A DNA stretch of 62,921 nt, counting the filler, from Octopus bimaculoides (lineage: Eukaryota), in NCBI RefSeq assembly GCF_001194135.2. It is 10 parts of 8 records of this genome, joined end to end, with 100 filler letters (N's around TTAATTAATTAA, not from the genome) between each part and the next. Parts side by side here need not be neighbours in the genome. Positions count along the whole stretch, not along the records: positions 1 to 17,981 come from NC_068987.1; 9 more parts are not named here. The stretch is one strand, 5' to 3'. The position numbers were made by a program, and so were the translations under genes. Under the pieces are notes generated by a model, which saw only the letters and a program-made list of their open reading frames with translations, was not told where the DNA came from and made no database searches. Shown one piece after another: positions 1 through 13,211 of the stretch. Each line of letters begins with the position of its first letter. Position 1 is the first letter of the stretch.

Positions 1-33
<33 letters not shown>

Positions 34-356
34 CATACATATATTTACACACATACACATGTATACACGTACACACATACATGCACGCACACTCACACGT
101 GCACACATACACACACACATGTATCAACATTAGCTAAGTGAAAATACGTCAGACATTCGAAGAGATATTGAATCTCGCTGACAAAACGATATTGCTCTGT
201 CAACAATCTCCCGCAAAGAAAACGATATTGAAATGTAATAAATGTTGTCAATCTTATTTATCTATTATTAATTATCCTCTATGTTGATAAAGAGTTTGTC
301 TACAACCAGGTTTAGTAACGTTAGATAAGGAAAGATGAGACTATGAATGATGTATC

Positions 357-433
<77 letters not shown>

Positions 434-535
434 TCACTTATGCACAACAGATTAGATTATGGGAAAAATTCCTAACAACGGGTTACAAGTAACATTAGAT
501 GCCAAGAACCTTCCTAATTATCCTAGCTCTTCCAA

Positions 536-618
<83 letters not shown>

Positions 619-620
619 TA

Positions 621-1200
621 TTGTCTTTGCACAACCTCTAACGCTGGAGATGTACTACGGTGCCAGCTGTTCACTACCTGTAAACTAAGGTAACACCCCT
701 TATTTTCCAAGCACCTTCCGGAGTATTCAAGCGGTTCCAAGCAGTGCTATTTTCTGCAAGTGCTCCACCCTTATTGCAGCTCCTATTTGTTCCACGTACT
801 TATCGAGATTTTTGCTCACTGTTCCCAGGGCTCCGACAATTATTAGTACTACTACCACTTTTTTCATCAACCACAACTGCTTAACTTCCCAAGCTAACTT
901 GTTATATCTCTCCACTTTTCTTTCTTCCTTCTCGCAAAACTTGTTGTCAGCTGGGCATGCTATATCTATGATCCAGCATAGTTTGCTTTCTTTCTCAGTT
1001 AAGTCTATGTCTGGTTTCTTATTCTCTATCTCATGGTTGCATTGAATCATAAAATCCCATAGGATCTTTGCATTTCTGTTTTCTACGATACCTTCGGGTT
1101 TATGTTCGTACCACTTTTGTGAACTGTCAAGTCCATATTTGTTGCAAAGTGTCTAATGGACAAGCCTGGCTATATTGTCATGACATCTCTTATATTCCTT
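621..1200 (-). mobile_element. R4/Dong-like RLE non-LTR retrotransposon 3' fragment (family A), degraded
   Basis: Minus-strand translation KEYKRCHDNIARLVH*TLCNKYGL...KILWDFMIQCNHEIENKKPDI...CWIIDIACPAD...IIVGALG...LQKIALLGTA*ILRKVL. This contains the PD..D RLE motif and two stops. The 3' UTR runs into the (TAA)n tract at 538-620. Confidence 0.88.
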
Positions 1201-1420
1201 CTAGTTGGTGTTATGCCTAGGGTGCCATATATCTGGTTTTGTACATAGTATTGTTCTAGAGAAGGTTTAAGAAAACAAGAAAATTGAGTTTGTTTTAAAA
1301 TTTGAGATTACATAGTATTTTACGTAGGATATGGGCAGTTCCCATGAGCACTATCTTTTGAATTTCTGCCATTTTGAGGTTTCCTGATATCTGAGTTAGG
1401 TAACAATCATCCTCTTTTGC
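1201..1420 (-). mobile_element. R4/Dong-like family B 3' fragment (end of RLE plus part of 3' UTR)
   Basis: Reverse complement reads IAKEDDCYLTQISGNLKMAEIQKIVLMGTAHILRKIL and matches the + strand copy at about 37860-38100. Confidence 0.85.
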
Positions 1421-1586
1421 TATTATTTGCTATCATTTGCTATTATTATTAATATTTATTTATTTATTTGAAAATTCACAGCTTATTTTGCTGGGTATGA
1501 TGGAAAGTATTAGCTGTCCACAGCCAGCAGACTAAGGTGACACTTGCTTACTGGTCATTATTATCATTATCATTATTATTATTATT

Positions 1587-3510
1587 CAGCAGCCTTATTT
1601 TTATCACATCCTTTCACTGCACCACCGAGCACAGTTCTATGTGCCTTAAGTATGTACTGTGGATTGTTTTAGTATTGCTATTTCTACTGTATTTAAAGTG
1701 ATTTACGCAGGATGTATGCGGTGCCTAGTAGTGATATATACTCTGTATGTTATAGATATCCGTAAATCCTGCTGTTTTAGTTATGTACTTGTATGTTTTC
1801 AAAACCTTCCCACTATTATTATTGAGATTATTTCTGCTTTCGGGTCCCACATTTGGGTTATCTTTATTTCCAGAGTTTTGTAATTCGGGTTTTTTCCTTT
1901 TCTTTTAAAGATACATTGTCATCTGTTGGGACTGATATGTCGATTAGAAGATATTTATCTTTTCTGGTTGGTCCCTGACAATAATATCTGGTGTAATAGC
2001 TTTGATCTTTCTATCTGATCTGTGTGTATTGGTATATCCTGGAGCATGGTTGCTTTGTCATTTTCCGAGACTTTCTCTGGGTTATGCCTGTACCATTTTT
2101 TCCTGTTGTCATTTCGTAATGCTGATACAAGCTTCCAGTGTATATAGGTCCCAACTCATATTTGTGGATATATTCCTTCTCAGCCAGGACTGGGCAACCA
2201 GAGGCAATATGATTTATCATTTATTCCTCATCGCCACATTTTGCCGTTACTTATTGCATTTTTCTTTACTATGTGTTTTTGCTGATTTCTGGTGGTGGTG
2301 TGGGGGCTTTGATCTTGTACCGTGATTAAAAACCCTTCAGAATCTGCTTTGAGTCCTGACCTTCTCGATCAGTATTGAGGTTCTATTTTCTCTGTTTCTT
2401 TTCTGTTTCGCTTATCCCAGAATTTGCCATGCAAGGCGTTTTTTTTTTTTTTTGCTATCGATTTATCATGATATTTTGTAGTTCCAGTTTTAGCTTAGAT
2501 TTTAGTTCCTTCACAGCTTTTGATGTTTCTTCTTCTTTTTAGTTCTCAGGTATTATGAATTCGTTCTTATGTTTCGACTTCTTTGAAGACAGAAAGCAGT
2601 TTTTTGTTTTACTCATGCTTCGGGGTTATTTGTATCAGTTTTCCTTGGTTCTCCCTTAAATATTTCTATAGTCCTATATTGATTATCTTATAATAATTTT
2701 CTAGTTGTATACGGCCCCTACCACTTTCAATTCTATGTCAGATTTGAGGTGGTGGATCCTAAATTCGCCATTATTTTTCTTTTTTTTCCGTGTAGTTTGA
2801 CTAGTTCATTTAGTGAAGAATATTGTAACAGTAACATATAACTGGGACAGCTAGCGTATTGATGCATATTACCTTAGTTTCCGCATTAAGTTCTGTTTAA
2901 CTATTAATTTAATTCATTCATAATATTCTCTTCTTATCTTTTCTTACGTTTGTATGAGTTGTACCGTATCTAGTTCATTGATTCCTGAGTATGTCTGGAT
3001 CTCGTCCAGTTCTCTTATTTAATTTTCTTTATCTAGTGTGATATCATTATTCCTAATTAGTTCTTCCCCTTGTAGAACATTTTTCTGAACCGAATTTCAT
3101 ATCTATAACTTCAGTAAATCCATGCACTCACTGTAACAATGTTTCCGCTTTTAATCATTTGCAGCATACAGCTTGAGATCATCCATATTCAAAAAATGAT
3201 TGATGGTTTTATCATGGTATTTGCATCCACATCCATTTCCGTTTAGCATGTCGGTTAAAGGTGTAAGTGCTAGATAGAAAAGTAGTAGAAAGAGCGGGTT
3301 TCCTTGGAATATTCCTCTTCTGATAGGAATGACTTTAGTTTTTGTAATCCTTTCTTTTGTCTGTAACTTCAGAACTGTTTACCATTTAGTCATGACATTC
3401 TATCACTGTTGATTGTACTATGCTCATGACTCGTGTTTCAAAGATCTATATATGGGGAATGCTGTCAAAGCCTTTCGGTAATCGACCCAAGCCATTATTT
3501 CTTTCTACTA
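1587..3510 (-). mobile_element. R4/Dong-like family C element, 5'-truncated (RT, CCHC knuckle, RLE, 3' UTR), heavily frameshifted
   Basis: Minus-strand motifs in order: AWVDYRKA(F)DSIPH, RRGIFQG, INHFLNMDDLKLYA, INTLAVPV, GRG(L)IQLE, LHGKFW, EGFLITVQDQS, INHIASGCPVLA, LLGTAYILRKSL*. The 3' end abuts (TAA)n at 1558-1586. Confidence 0.85.
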
Positions 3511-3711
3511 TTTCACTCATTCTCAGCACTCTAGCCTATCCTGAGTTTGGTACCCCACATCTCGAGACACTGGATACCGGAATGGGTTGTGGAGACCACT
3601 ACTGAGAGCGATTTTGGTTGCGTGGCGCACTTTTCTGTAACCTCTTTATACATACACGTGCGTCCGAGCACAAACGCATATACACTTGCACACACGCACA
3701 CACACACACAA

Positions 3712-3794
<83 letters not shown>

Positions 3795-4273
3795 TAAATA
3801 GATAGATAGATAGACAGATAGCTAGATATATAAACAGATAGACAGACTGACAGACAGACTGACAGACAGACAGACAGACAGACAGATATATATATATATA
3901 TATATATTATANNNNNNNNNNNNNNNNNNNNNNNNNNNNNNNNNNNNNNNNNNNNNNNNNNNNNNNNNNNNNNNNNNNNNNNNNNNNNNNNNNNNNNNNN
4001 NNNNNNNNNNNNNNNNNNNNNNNNNNNNNNNNNNNNNNNNNNNNNNNNNNNNNNNNNNNNNNNNNNNNNNNNNNNNNNNNNNNNNNNNNNNNNNNNNNNN
4101 NNNNNNNNNNNNNNNNNNNNNNNNNNNNNNNNNNNNNNNNNNNNNNNNNNNNNNNNNNNNNNNNNNNNNNNNNNNNNNNNNNNNNNNNNNNNNNNNNNNA
4201 GACAGACAGATAGATAGACAGATAGCTAGATAGATAAACAGATAGACAGACTGACAGACAGACAGACATATAT

Positions 4274-4344
<71 letters not shown>

Positions 4345-4554
4345 GATAGATATCAGATATTGATATGGAAAGATTTTCGACACTGCAATGTTTTCACAAG
4401 AAGTTGTAATACACCTGAATAGCTCCGGCGGTTTTTTGCATGGGGCAAAGCATCTTCTCTGTGTTCATTTCACCTTTCATCTGGACCTTTTATTGAAGAA
4501 TTTTCAGCAAAACTGTGTATATTGGTCAATGGACTATTTAAGATGCAAGTTGCT

Positions 4555-4745
4555 ATTGTTATTGTTGTTTAGCTTAACAGATCAGGTCAACCTTGATCAA
4601 GCAGGCCCACGATTAAGGGGCTCCAGCTATTAGCAACCTTTTGCTCCGCCAAGGCATTATGAAATCACAACACCATTATGCAATGTGTCCTTTCTGAAAT
4701 AATAAAGAGTACTGTTTGAGAGAAATCGGTCTGCTATTCCGAGCA
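4555..4745 (-). mobile_element. SINE-like repeat family G copy
   Basis: Shares GTTGTTTAG..CAGGTCAACCTTGATCAAGCAG and GCTATT modules with copies at 22995-23560, 52225-52430, 58235-58480 and 61527-61985. Confidence 0.5.
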
Positions 4746-4751
4746 AGAAAC

Positions 4752-4907
4752 AGGTATGGCTGTGTGCTTAAGAAGCTCTCTTTAAAAGCAGGTTTCAGAT
4801 TTAGGTCCATTGGGCGGTACTTTCGGCAAGCGAGTTCTACAACAGCCCTGGGTCCACTAACACCTTATAAGCAAATTTACTAGATGGAAATTGTGTGGAA
4901 ACCTGTC

Positions 4908-4964
<57 letters not shown>

Positions 4965-5278
4965 CACACACACACATTTATTTATATATATATATATATA
5001 TATATTTACTCATACACATAAACACGCACATATGTGTGTATGTATATGTTTGTGTATGTGTGTATATTTTTGCTTGTGTTTGTCCCCCACCCTCACTCCA
5101 CAACCGATTGACAAACGCTGTTGGTTTCTTCATGACTGCATAATCTAGTGGCTCGACAAAAGAAACCGATAGAATAAGTACCAGGCTTAAAATAAGTATT
5201 GGGGTCGATTTGTTCGACTAAACACTCCAAGTCGGTGCCCCAGCATGGCCGCAATCCAATGACTGAAACGAGTAAAAG
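4752..5278 (+). mobile_element. tRNA-derived SINE family A, old full-length copy with internal TA/CA microsatellite
   Basis: Head TGGCTGTGTG; 3' module GATAGAATAAGTAC...GGGGTCGATTTG...CCAGCATGGCCGCA...ATGACTGAAAC, shared with more than 10 copies in the window. Confidence 0.75.
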
Positions 5279-6208
5279 CTAATGACCGGAAGCTATATAA
5301 AGTGCAGCTCATCGTATCGTTTGTCTTTATAAATAATACTTAGCTTCGAGTCAACTCTGGTCGTGTCGTATTTATTCCATTCATAATTATCTGTCCATTT
5401 TAGATATATATATATGATTACATATGCCATGCTTGTAAAATGCGGTTTATATAGAATATGATTGCTATTTCTAGCAAGTTGCACGACCACATAGTCTCCA
5501 TTACTGGCATGCTATCGGTTTTGTTACAGAAAAATAATAGCTGTATCTTACGAATAAAGATATCAGTCTTCGCCGTTTATCGTCACTGGTTCAGCGTTAC
5601 ATTATGTATATATTCTAAAAGGAAAGACATCATGGAGGCATGTTTCGTAATGTTAACAATAACCATTATTCCAAAGGATTTGCTGAGCGTAGTATTTTCC
5701 CAGACGTGGAGTGGAGATAGTCATGTGCGTTGGTAATTGCTTATGAGAAGAGGAACGGAAACGTAATAGTTTTTCACTGTGAATTATGAATGGAAACACT
5801 TGCATTATGGCGTTACATCATTTTAATCAGATTTCCTGATTGTTTTGGTTAAATAGTCTAACATCAGAAATTCGAAGAAAATGTCAATGGTAAATGTCGG
5901 TAGCAATTAGAGAACAGTTTATCGGAGAATTCAATGAAGTTATTGCATTGTGGAATCTAATTATTTGAACTTTTGTCTATGGTTTGAAAGTAAAGAGAAG
6001 AGAGAGAGAGAGAGAGAGAGAGANNNNNNNNNNNNNNNNNNNNNNNNNNNNNNNNNNNNNNNNNNNNNNNNNNNNNNNNNNNNNNNNNNNNNNNNNNNNN
6101 NNNNNNNNNNNNNNNNNNNNNNNNNNNNNNNNNNNNNNNNNNNNNNNNNNNNNNNNNNNNNNNNNNNNNNNNNNNNNNNNNNNNNNNNNNNNNNNNNNNN
6201 NNNNNNNN

Positions 6209-6264
<56 letters not shown>

Positions 6265-6344
6265 TGTCTCTTGGATTGTGGGTAAATAAACTTAGATAGA
6301 ATTGTAGTTAAAGAACGTGTGAAGGAAATTTTAGAAAACTGGTT

Positions 6345-6657
6345 CTCCATCGGTTACGACGATGATTATTCAAGTTGATCCAATCAACGGAACAGCTTGC
6401 TCATGAAATTAACATGAAAATGGCTGAGCACTTCACAGAGACGCGTATCCTTAACACAGTTCTCAGGGAGAATTAGCGTGACATAGAATATTATAAGGCT
6501 GGCCCTTTGAAATACTGGTAATACTCATTTTTGCCAGCTGACAGGACTAGATCAATGTGAAATAAAGTGTCTTGCTCAAGGGTATAACGTGCAACCGGGA
6601 ATCGAACTCATGACCATGAGCTGAATACCTCTAACGACTAAGACACGCACTCTTACA
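6345..6657 (-). mobile_element. SINE with CORE-like body and family-D 3' tail
   Basis: B-box GAGTTCGATTCCC and body CCTTGAGCAAGACACTTTATTTCAC on the minus strand; tail matches 50600-50768 and 59453-59610. Confidence 0.7.
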
Positions 6658-7102
6658 TTTCAACTAGTATTGCTTCGTGATTTGTAATGTATAGATGCAA
6701 TCAATATATTACCAATAATGATGTAAAGCCTGTTGGTATGTAATTATTGAAGGCTGCTGTAAAGTGTTGAGGAGAGATTGCTGTAATCCACCGGGGATTA
6801 TATTTGTTTTTCTGTTTATGCTGGTGATGTTATTTCTTTCCGTTCAATAAATGTGGTTAGTCTGAGATATTTTAGCGTGTTTTGTGCGGCGGTCAAGTTT
6901 CCATTTATTTGTGTGGTGGGAATATCGAGATGTTATTTACAAACATTATGTCTTCATGTACTACATAAATGCATGTATGCATGCGTGTGTATTATCTCCC
7001 CTTCTTCCTAGCTCTCCTGTATGACCCCTATATCCGGCATTCGCCATGATAGATCGTTAGCCACTAAACCTTTTTCCATTTTCTCTCCCTGTTTATTTCT
7101 GC

Positions 7103-7145
7103 GTTCCTTTCTGTCGAAGAGCGTAGGCTCGAAACGTAAAAGAAC
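7103..7145 (+). ncRNA. Putative minimal type I hammerhead ribozyme with variant core (CUGUCGA), Penelope-like context
   Basis: GTTcCTTT-CTGTCGA-A-GAGC[GTAG]GCTC-GAA-ACGT-A-AAAGAAC: 7-bp stem I with one bulge, perfect 4-bp stem II, palindromic ACGU stem III. Core position A6 is U. Confidence 0.55.
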
Positions 7146-9174
7146 TTTCCTGTTTGAACGAGAACGTGAAACTCCGAGTAACAGTTTTTATAAAGTATAT
7201 ATATATATATATATNNNNNNNNNNNNNNNNNNNNNNNNNNNNNNNNNNNNNNNNNNNNNNNNNNNNNNNNNNNNNNNNNNNNNNNNNNNNNNNNNNNNNN
7301 NNNNNNNNNNNNNNNNNNNNNNNNNNNNNNNNNNNNNNNNNNNNNNNNNNNNNNNNNNNNNNNNNNNNNNNNNNNNNNNNNNNNNNNNNNNNNNNNNNNN
7401 NNNNNNNNNNNNNNNNNNNNNNNNNNNNNNNNNNNNNNNNNNNNNNNNNNNNNNNNNNNNNNNNNNNNNNNNNNNNNNNNNNNNNNNNNNNNNNNNNNNN
7501 NNNNNNNNNNNNNNNNNNNNNNNNNNNNNNNNNNNNNNNNNNNNNNNNNNNNNNNNNNNNNNNNNNNNNNNNNNNNNNNNNNNNNNNNNNNNNNNNNNNN
7601 NNNNNNNNNNNNNNNNNNNNNNNNNNNNNNNNNNNNNNNNNNNNNNNNNNNNNNNNNNNNNNNNNNNNNNNNNNNNNNNNNNNNNNNNNNNNNNNNNNNN
7701 NNNNNNNNNNNNNNNNNNNNNNNNNNNNNNNNNNNNGTCTGTGTGTGCATAGGTTTGTATATGTGTATTAGTATTTGAGACCGTATTATTTGTTTTACTG
7801 ATTTCAACAACGTAATTCATCACCACGACGAAAGAAGTTAGACGTTAAACTTTACATTTCTAATTCTCTCAGAGAGATTCATGCAGTAGTGATACGATGA
7901 AATAGTTGTATGCTGTCAACTTAATGTGACAGTCCCCTGAAGGGAATAATACTACTGTTGGTTAGACCTAGGAAGCTGCACCGCTTCCTGTCAGCCTTGA
8001 CACATTTCCTGTGTCCTTATGTTTACAAGAAGGAGACAAGCACCTCCACCCAGCTAAGCCTGCATCCAGAGACTAGTTTCTGAGTCTTTGTTCGTTATCA
8101 GTCTGGAGTAGCATGACCTGCTAGTCAAAAATGCCTGTCAAGCTCTTGTAAACATATAATATAAACAAATTTAATATAATAAAATTTTCACTGCTTTCAT
8201 AAAACAAGAACTAAGGTTAGAGAATTTGTGTTTGAGAGTGTGTTTTTCATACCTTAAACTATTTGACTATAGAACATAAATATTTCTTCAGCTGTAATCA
8301 AGGTTTCAGCAGTCGTAGGGAAATTAATAACGCAGTAATTAATCCATGGATGCGACAATTAATTAACCGCAAAATATAAATTAAAGTTATTTCGCTCAGA
8401 TAGCAATTTAATTAAAGTGTTGTAATTTTAATTTCATTTTTAAATTGTTCACTGATAATCATTGTTTTCATTGATTTAACTGGTGCCAACATGCTACTTT
8501 AAAGGTAGCATTTTGTCAGTGAGATTTAAGATTATTTAGAGTAAATACAGGAGAGTAAATGTTGAAATACCATATTCGACAGCATATAAGATGTCACTAA
8601 AAATGACCGGTGTGCTATATGCGAAACTGGCCTCTGAAAAGCTTTAATTAAAAACTAATTTTTCCTGAATATATGCTGCTGAAATTGGGGTGCATTTAAT
8701 GCGCCCAAGCATCTTTTATATCATCCAATACAGTACATCAAACCAAGAGGTAAATGAGAAAGAATACATCAAATATCACAGACATCGAGGATTCCACGTT
8801 AGCTGAGCTGGAAATATTTATCGATGATGTTTAGTCCCATTTGAATGCTGGTTGAGGAGCTCTATGACTATTTGTAGTATTCTCCAATGTATCCCCCCAT
8901 TTTGGACAAAATAAAAAAAAATGATATTTACATAAATCAATAAAATGTATTGCATAATTTGAGGCGTACTTGTACATGTGTTTGTGTGTGTGAAAGAGGG
9001 AGAGAAAGAATGTGTGTGTGTGTATGTGTGTACACATCTGTATACATAACTGCATATATTTATACAACACACAGAATATGAACACACACATACATACATA
9101 CACACACACACAAATATGCAAATATACATATACATACATACATATATTTATACACACACACACACAGACACACA

Positions 9175-9216
<42 letters not shown>

Positions 9217-10765
9217 NNNNNNNNNNNNNNNNNNNNNNNNNNNNNNNNNNNNNNNNNNNNNNNNNNNNNNNNNNNNNNNNNNNNNNNNNNNNNNNNNNNN
9301 NNNNNNNNNNNNNNNNNNNNNNNNNNNNNNNNNNNNNNNNNNNNNNNNNNNNNNNNNNNNNNNNNNNNNNNNNNNNNNNNNNNNNNNNNNNNNNNNNNNN
9401 NNNNNNNNNNNNNNNNNNNNNNNNNNNNNNNNNNNNNNNNNNNNNNNNNNNNNNNNNNNNNNNNNNNNNNNNNNNNNNNNNNNNNNNNNNNNNNNNNNNN
9501 NNNNNNNNNNNNNNNNNNNNNNNNNNNNNNNNNNNNNNNNNNNNNNNNNNNNNNNNNNNNNNNNNNNNNNNNNNNNNNNNNNNNNNNNNNNNNNNNNNNN
9601 NNNNNNNNNNNNNNNNNNNNNNNNNNNNNNNNNNNNNNNNNNNNNNNNNNNNNNNNNNNNNNGTTTATGAATTAACACATATATATTTATGCATGTATCT
9701 CTCTGTATGTGTGTGTATCAATGCAAATTTGATGACTATCCATAGTTATTACTTTAATTAAATTGTGGAAGCTTTTAATTATATCAAAATAATGAAAACC
9801 ACAAACAATGATAAATACAGTTTGACTGAAAATATATTCAATTATTTTACGTAAAATATTCTAATCAATTCAAATATTTGAATCAGACGAAACTCTCTCA
9901 CACACACACATACACACTGCTATCTGTCACTTTTACTTTCTCTCCTCGTTTGTTTGTCTCTCTTTCATAATTGAAACAGTTCGGTATTTAGTTTACAAGT
10001 ATAATCGTTTCCACAGCCATCAGCTTTTTTATTATGTGTTCGTGATTGGTGTCACATTCCTTATAGACTAAGCATAGACGCATGAATTATTTTAACCACG
10101 TACAAGATATATAAAACATTGTCATAGTAATATGCATTGTAAATGAGAATTTGCAACAACAGTCGGAAGCGACAGGAAAAAAAAACACGGAAATCAAACC
10201 ACGTATTTTATTACTTACTACACTTCACCCAAGCCATCACGAAGCACATCAGCTTCATTTTATATCTGACTGGATTATAATATAACCATTACATTTGTTC
10301 CATATGAATTTCGTTAGACACTTAACAAGAGCGGGATAGGCTATTCCACTGATGCATGACATAACAATGTATCTTGCTTATTAGCCTTAGTTTACAACAC
10401 ATATTCTGCTTCAGATTGATAGTGACGGTCAATTGGGTGACTGCACTTGCCAAAACAACCATTATTGATATGTAATAAACTGCTTGTCGATAAGGTTAGC
10501 ATGAAAATTCAATTTTCGTGAAGGAGAAATATAACTACATATCATATTATAAGTAACAACCACCGCAATCCTCTATTATTTGGCGTAGTTTGCAACTCGG
10601 CGATAATAATAATAATAATAATCTTACTCTAATAGAATGGATATATATACCAATCAATCCCCTCCCCTCCTCCTCCTCCTCTTTCTTCTTTCCTATATTG
10701 TTTATTTGTACTTGATGTATCCAAATGTAGGCATTCAATATCATTGAAAAACTTTTACTATTATA

Positions 10766-11422
10766 TAAGGTCATCCTATAAGTTCTGTCCGAATTCTGAA
10801 TAAAGAAAACAAGTGATCAAATGTTATATTTAATTGAAATTTAATCATCAACGTACTTTCCCTGGTTATCTATGACTTCCTTCCATCTATTTACAAGCTT
10901 TGTAATCCCATCAATGTAAAACTCTTTTGGTTTCAAAGCGAAGAACTCTGAAATGTCAGTTTCGACCTCATCCTGGCTTGCGAAAGTTACGTCCCCCAAA
11001 TGATTCTGTAAACTACGAAACAAATGGTAGTCTGAAGGAGCAAGGTCGGGAGAATAATGTGGATGAGGAATTTTTTCCCAACCAAGCTCTTCGATCTTCT
11101 GTGATGTGATCTTTGCAGTGTGGTGTCGCGCGTTGTCCTGATGAAACAGCACTCCTTTTCGATTCACTAAAGCGGGTCTTCTTTTCTTCAAAGCTTGGTT
11201 CAAACGATCTAATTACTGACAGTAGACTTGAGAATTGATTGTTGCATTAGGTGGTAATAATTCAAAGTGAATTACTCCTTTGCAATCCTACCAGATAGAG
11301 AGAAGAACCTTTTTTTCCATGAAATTCTCTTCTCTAATTCCATTAGATATTCTAAGATACTATTAAATTTCATTCAATTTTAAAAAAAGGTAAAATTGGA
11401 CAGAATTTATGGGATGACCTGA
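10766..11422 (-). mobile_element. Internally deleted mariner (DD34D) element with both TIRs and TA target duplication
   Basis: TIRs T(A/C)AGGTCATCC(T/C)ATAA(G/A)TTCTGTCC, flanked by TA at 10764-65 and 11423-24. Translation KKVLLSIW*DCKGVIHFELLP...HQDNARHH...YSPDLAPSDYHLF, with 34 residues between D2 and D3. Confidence 0.93.
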
Positions 11423-12467
11423 TACGACACTGTCTCCGTAGTAAAATTACTTTTTCAAAGGCGGTTTAGTTAATGTAACAATGAATAATCAATTAAAATA
11501 ACTTCCAGCAGCTACCTATNNNNNNNNNNNNNNNNNNNNNNNNNNNNNNNNNNNNNNNNNNNNNNNNNNNNNNNNNNNNNNNNNNNNNNNNNNNNNNNNN
11601 NNNNNNNNNNNNNNNNNNNNNNNNNNNNNNNNNNNNNNNNNNNNNNNNNNNNNNNNNNNNNNNNNNNNNNNNNNNNNNNNNNNNNNNNNNNNNNNNNNNN
11701 NNNNNNNNNNNNNNNNNNNNNNNNNNNNNNNNNNNNNNNNNNNNNNNNNNNNNNNNNNNNNNNNNNNNNNNNNNNNNNNNNNNNNNNNNNNNNNNNNNNN
11801 NNNNNNNNNNNNNNNNNNNNNNNNNNNNNNNNNNNNNNNNNNNNNNNNNNNNNNNNNNNNNNNNNNNNNNNNNNNNNNNNNNNNNNNNNNNNNNNNNNNN
11901 NNNNNNNNNNNNNNNNNNNNNNNNNNNNNNNNNNNNNNNNNNNNNNNNNNNNNNNNNNNNNNNNNNNNNNNNNNNNNNNNNNNNNNNNNNNNNNNNNNNN
12001 NNNNNNNNNNNNNNNNNNNNNNNNNNNNNNNNNNNNNNNNNNNNNNNNNNNNNNNNNNNNNNNNNNNNNNNNNNNNNNNNNNNNNNNNNNNNNNNNNNNN
12101 NNNNNNNNNNNNNNNNNNNNNNNNNNNNNNNNNNNNNNNNNNNNNNNNNNNNNNNNNNNNNNNNNNNNNNNNNNNNNNNNNNNNNNNNNNNNNNNNNNNN
12201 NNNNNNNNNNNNNNNNNNNNNNNNNNNNNNNNNNNNNNNNNNNNNNNNNNNNNNNNNNNNNNNNNNNNNNNNNNNNNNNNNNNNNNNNNNNNNNNNNNNN
12301 NNNNNNNNNNNNNNNNNNNNNNNNNNNNNNNNNNNNNNNNNNNNNNNNNNNNNNNNNNNNNNNNNNNNNNNNNNNNNNNNNNNNNNNNNNNNNNNNNNNN
12401 NNNNNNNNNNNNNNNNNNNNNNNNNNNNNNNNNNNNNNNNNNNNNNNNNNNNNNNNNNNNNNNNNNN

Positions 12468-12518
<51 letters not shown>

Positions 12519-12526
12519 TGGCACTC

Positions 12527-12838
12527 CGTCTACCAAATCAACTCACAAGGCTTTGGTCGGCGCGAGGCTATAATAGAAGATACCACGCAGTGGAACTGAA
12601 CCCGGAACCATGTGGTTGGGAAGCAAGCTACTTACCACACAGCTATTCTTGGTGTCACGTAAATGGTCCCCGTGCCTATTGCACGCTTGGAGTGGTTGGT
12701 GCTAAGAAGGCCATCCAGCCGTAGAAACCATGGCAAATTAAAGACTGGAGTCTGGTACGGCCTACCAGCGTAATAACCATGGTGAAACCGTACAACCCTT
12801 GCCAGCATGGACAACGGATGTTAACTGATGATGATGCT
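12527..12838. mobile_element. SINE-A 5' module (minus) followed by an RTE-type 3' end, family E (plus)
   Basis: CCGTCTACCAAATC..CACAAGGCTTTGGTCGG, then GGAGTGGTTGGTGCTAAGAAGGCCATCCAGCCGTAGAAAC...CCAGCATGG...GTTAA(CTG)ATGATGATG. Confidence 0.75.
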
Positions 12839-13211
12839 GATGGTGTTTGAGTGTGCATATGTTCATCCATGCGTGAACGTATGATATTGGTGAACAAGAT
12901 ATCTATCACCATGATGAAGAAAAGAAACTCGAAAATGCAATACACTTTCGCAACATCACAGAAGGAGAAAAGTTTGGCAATTTTTGTTTAAACAATCTCT
13001 ATGTAATTTTGCTAGAATATGGAACACCTAAATAGTATATTTCTATAGAAAAGCTTTAGGGAAATGTTTCATCAATGACAATGAAGTTATCATCAATCAT
13101 ACTGCAATTAGTAACTGGGAATCCGTTACATTTCATAATTAATTAATTAATTAACTAATTAATTAGATTAATTAATTGTATAACATGAGTTATAATCCTT
13201 TTAATCAAATA

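Noticed and set aside
8565-8710. Tigger-like MITE-looking motifs
   Set aside because: No matching TIR pair or TSD could be found.
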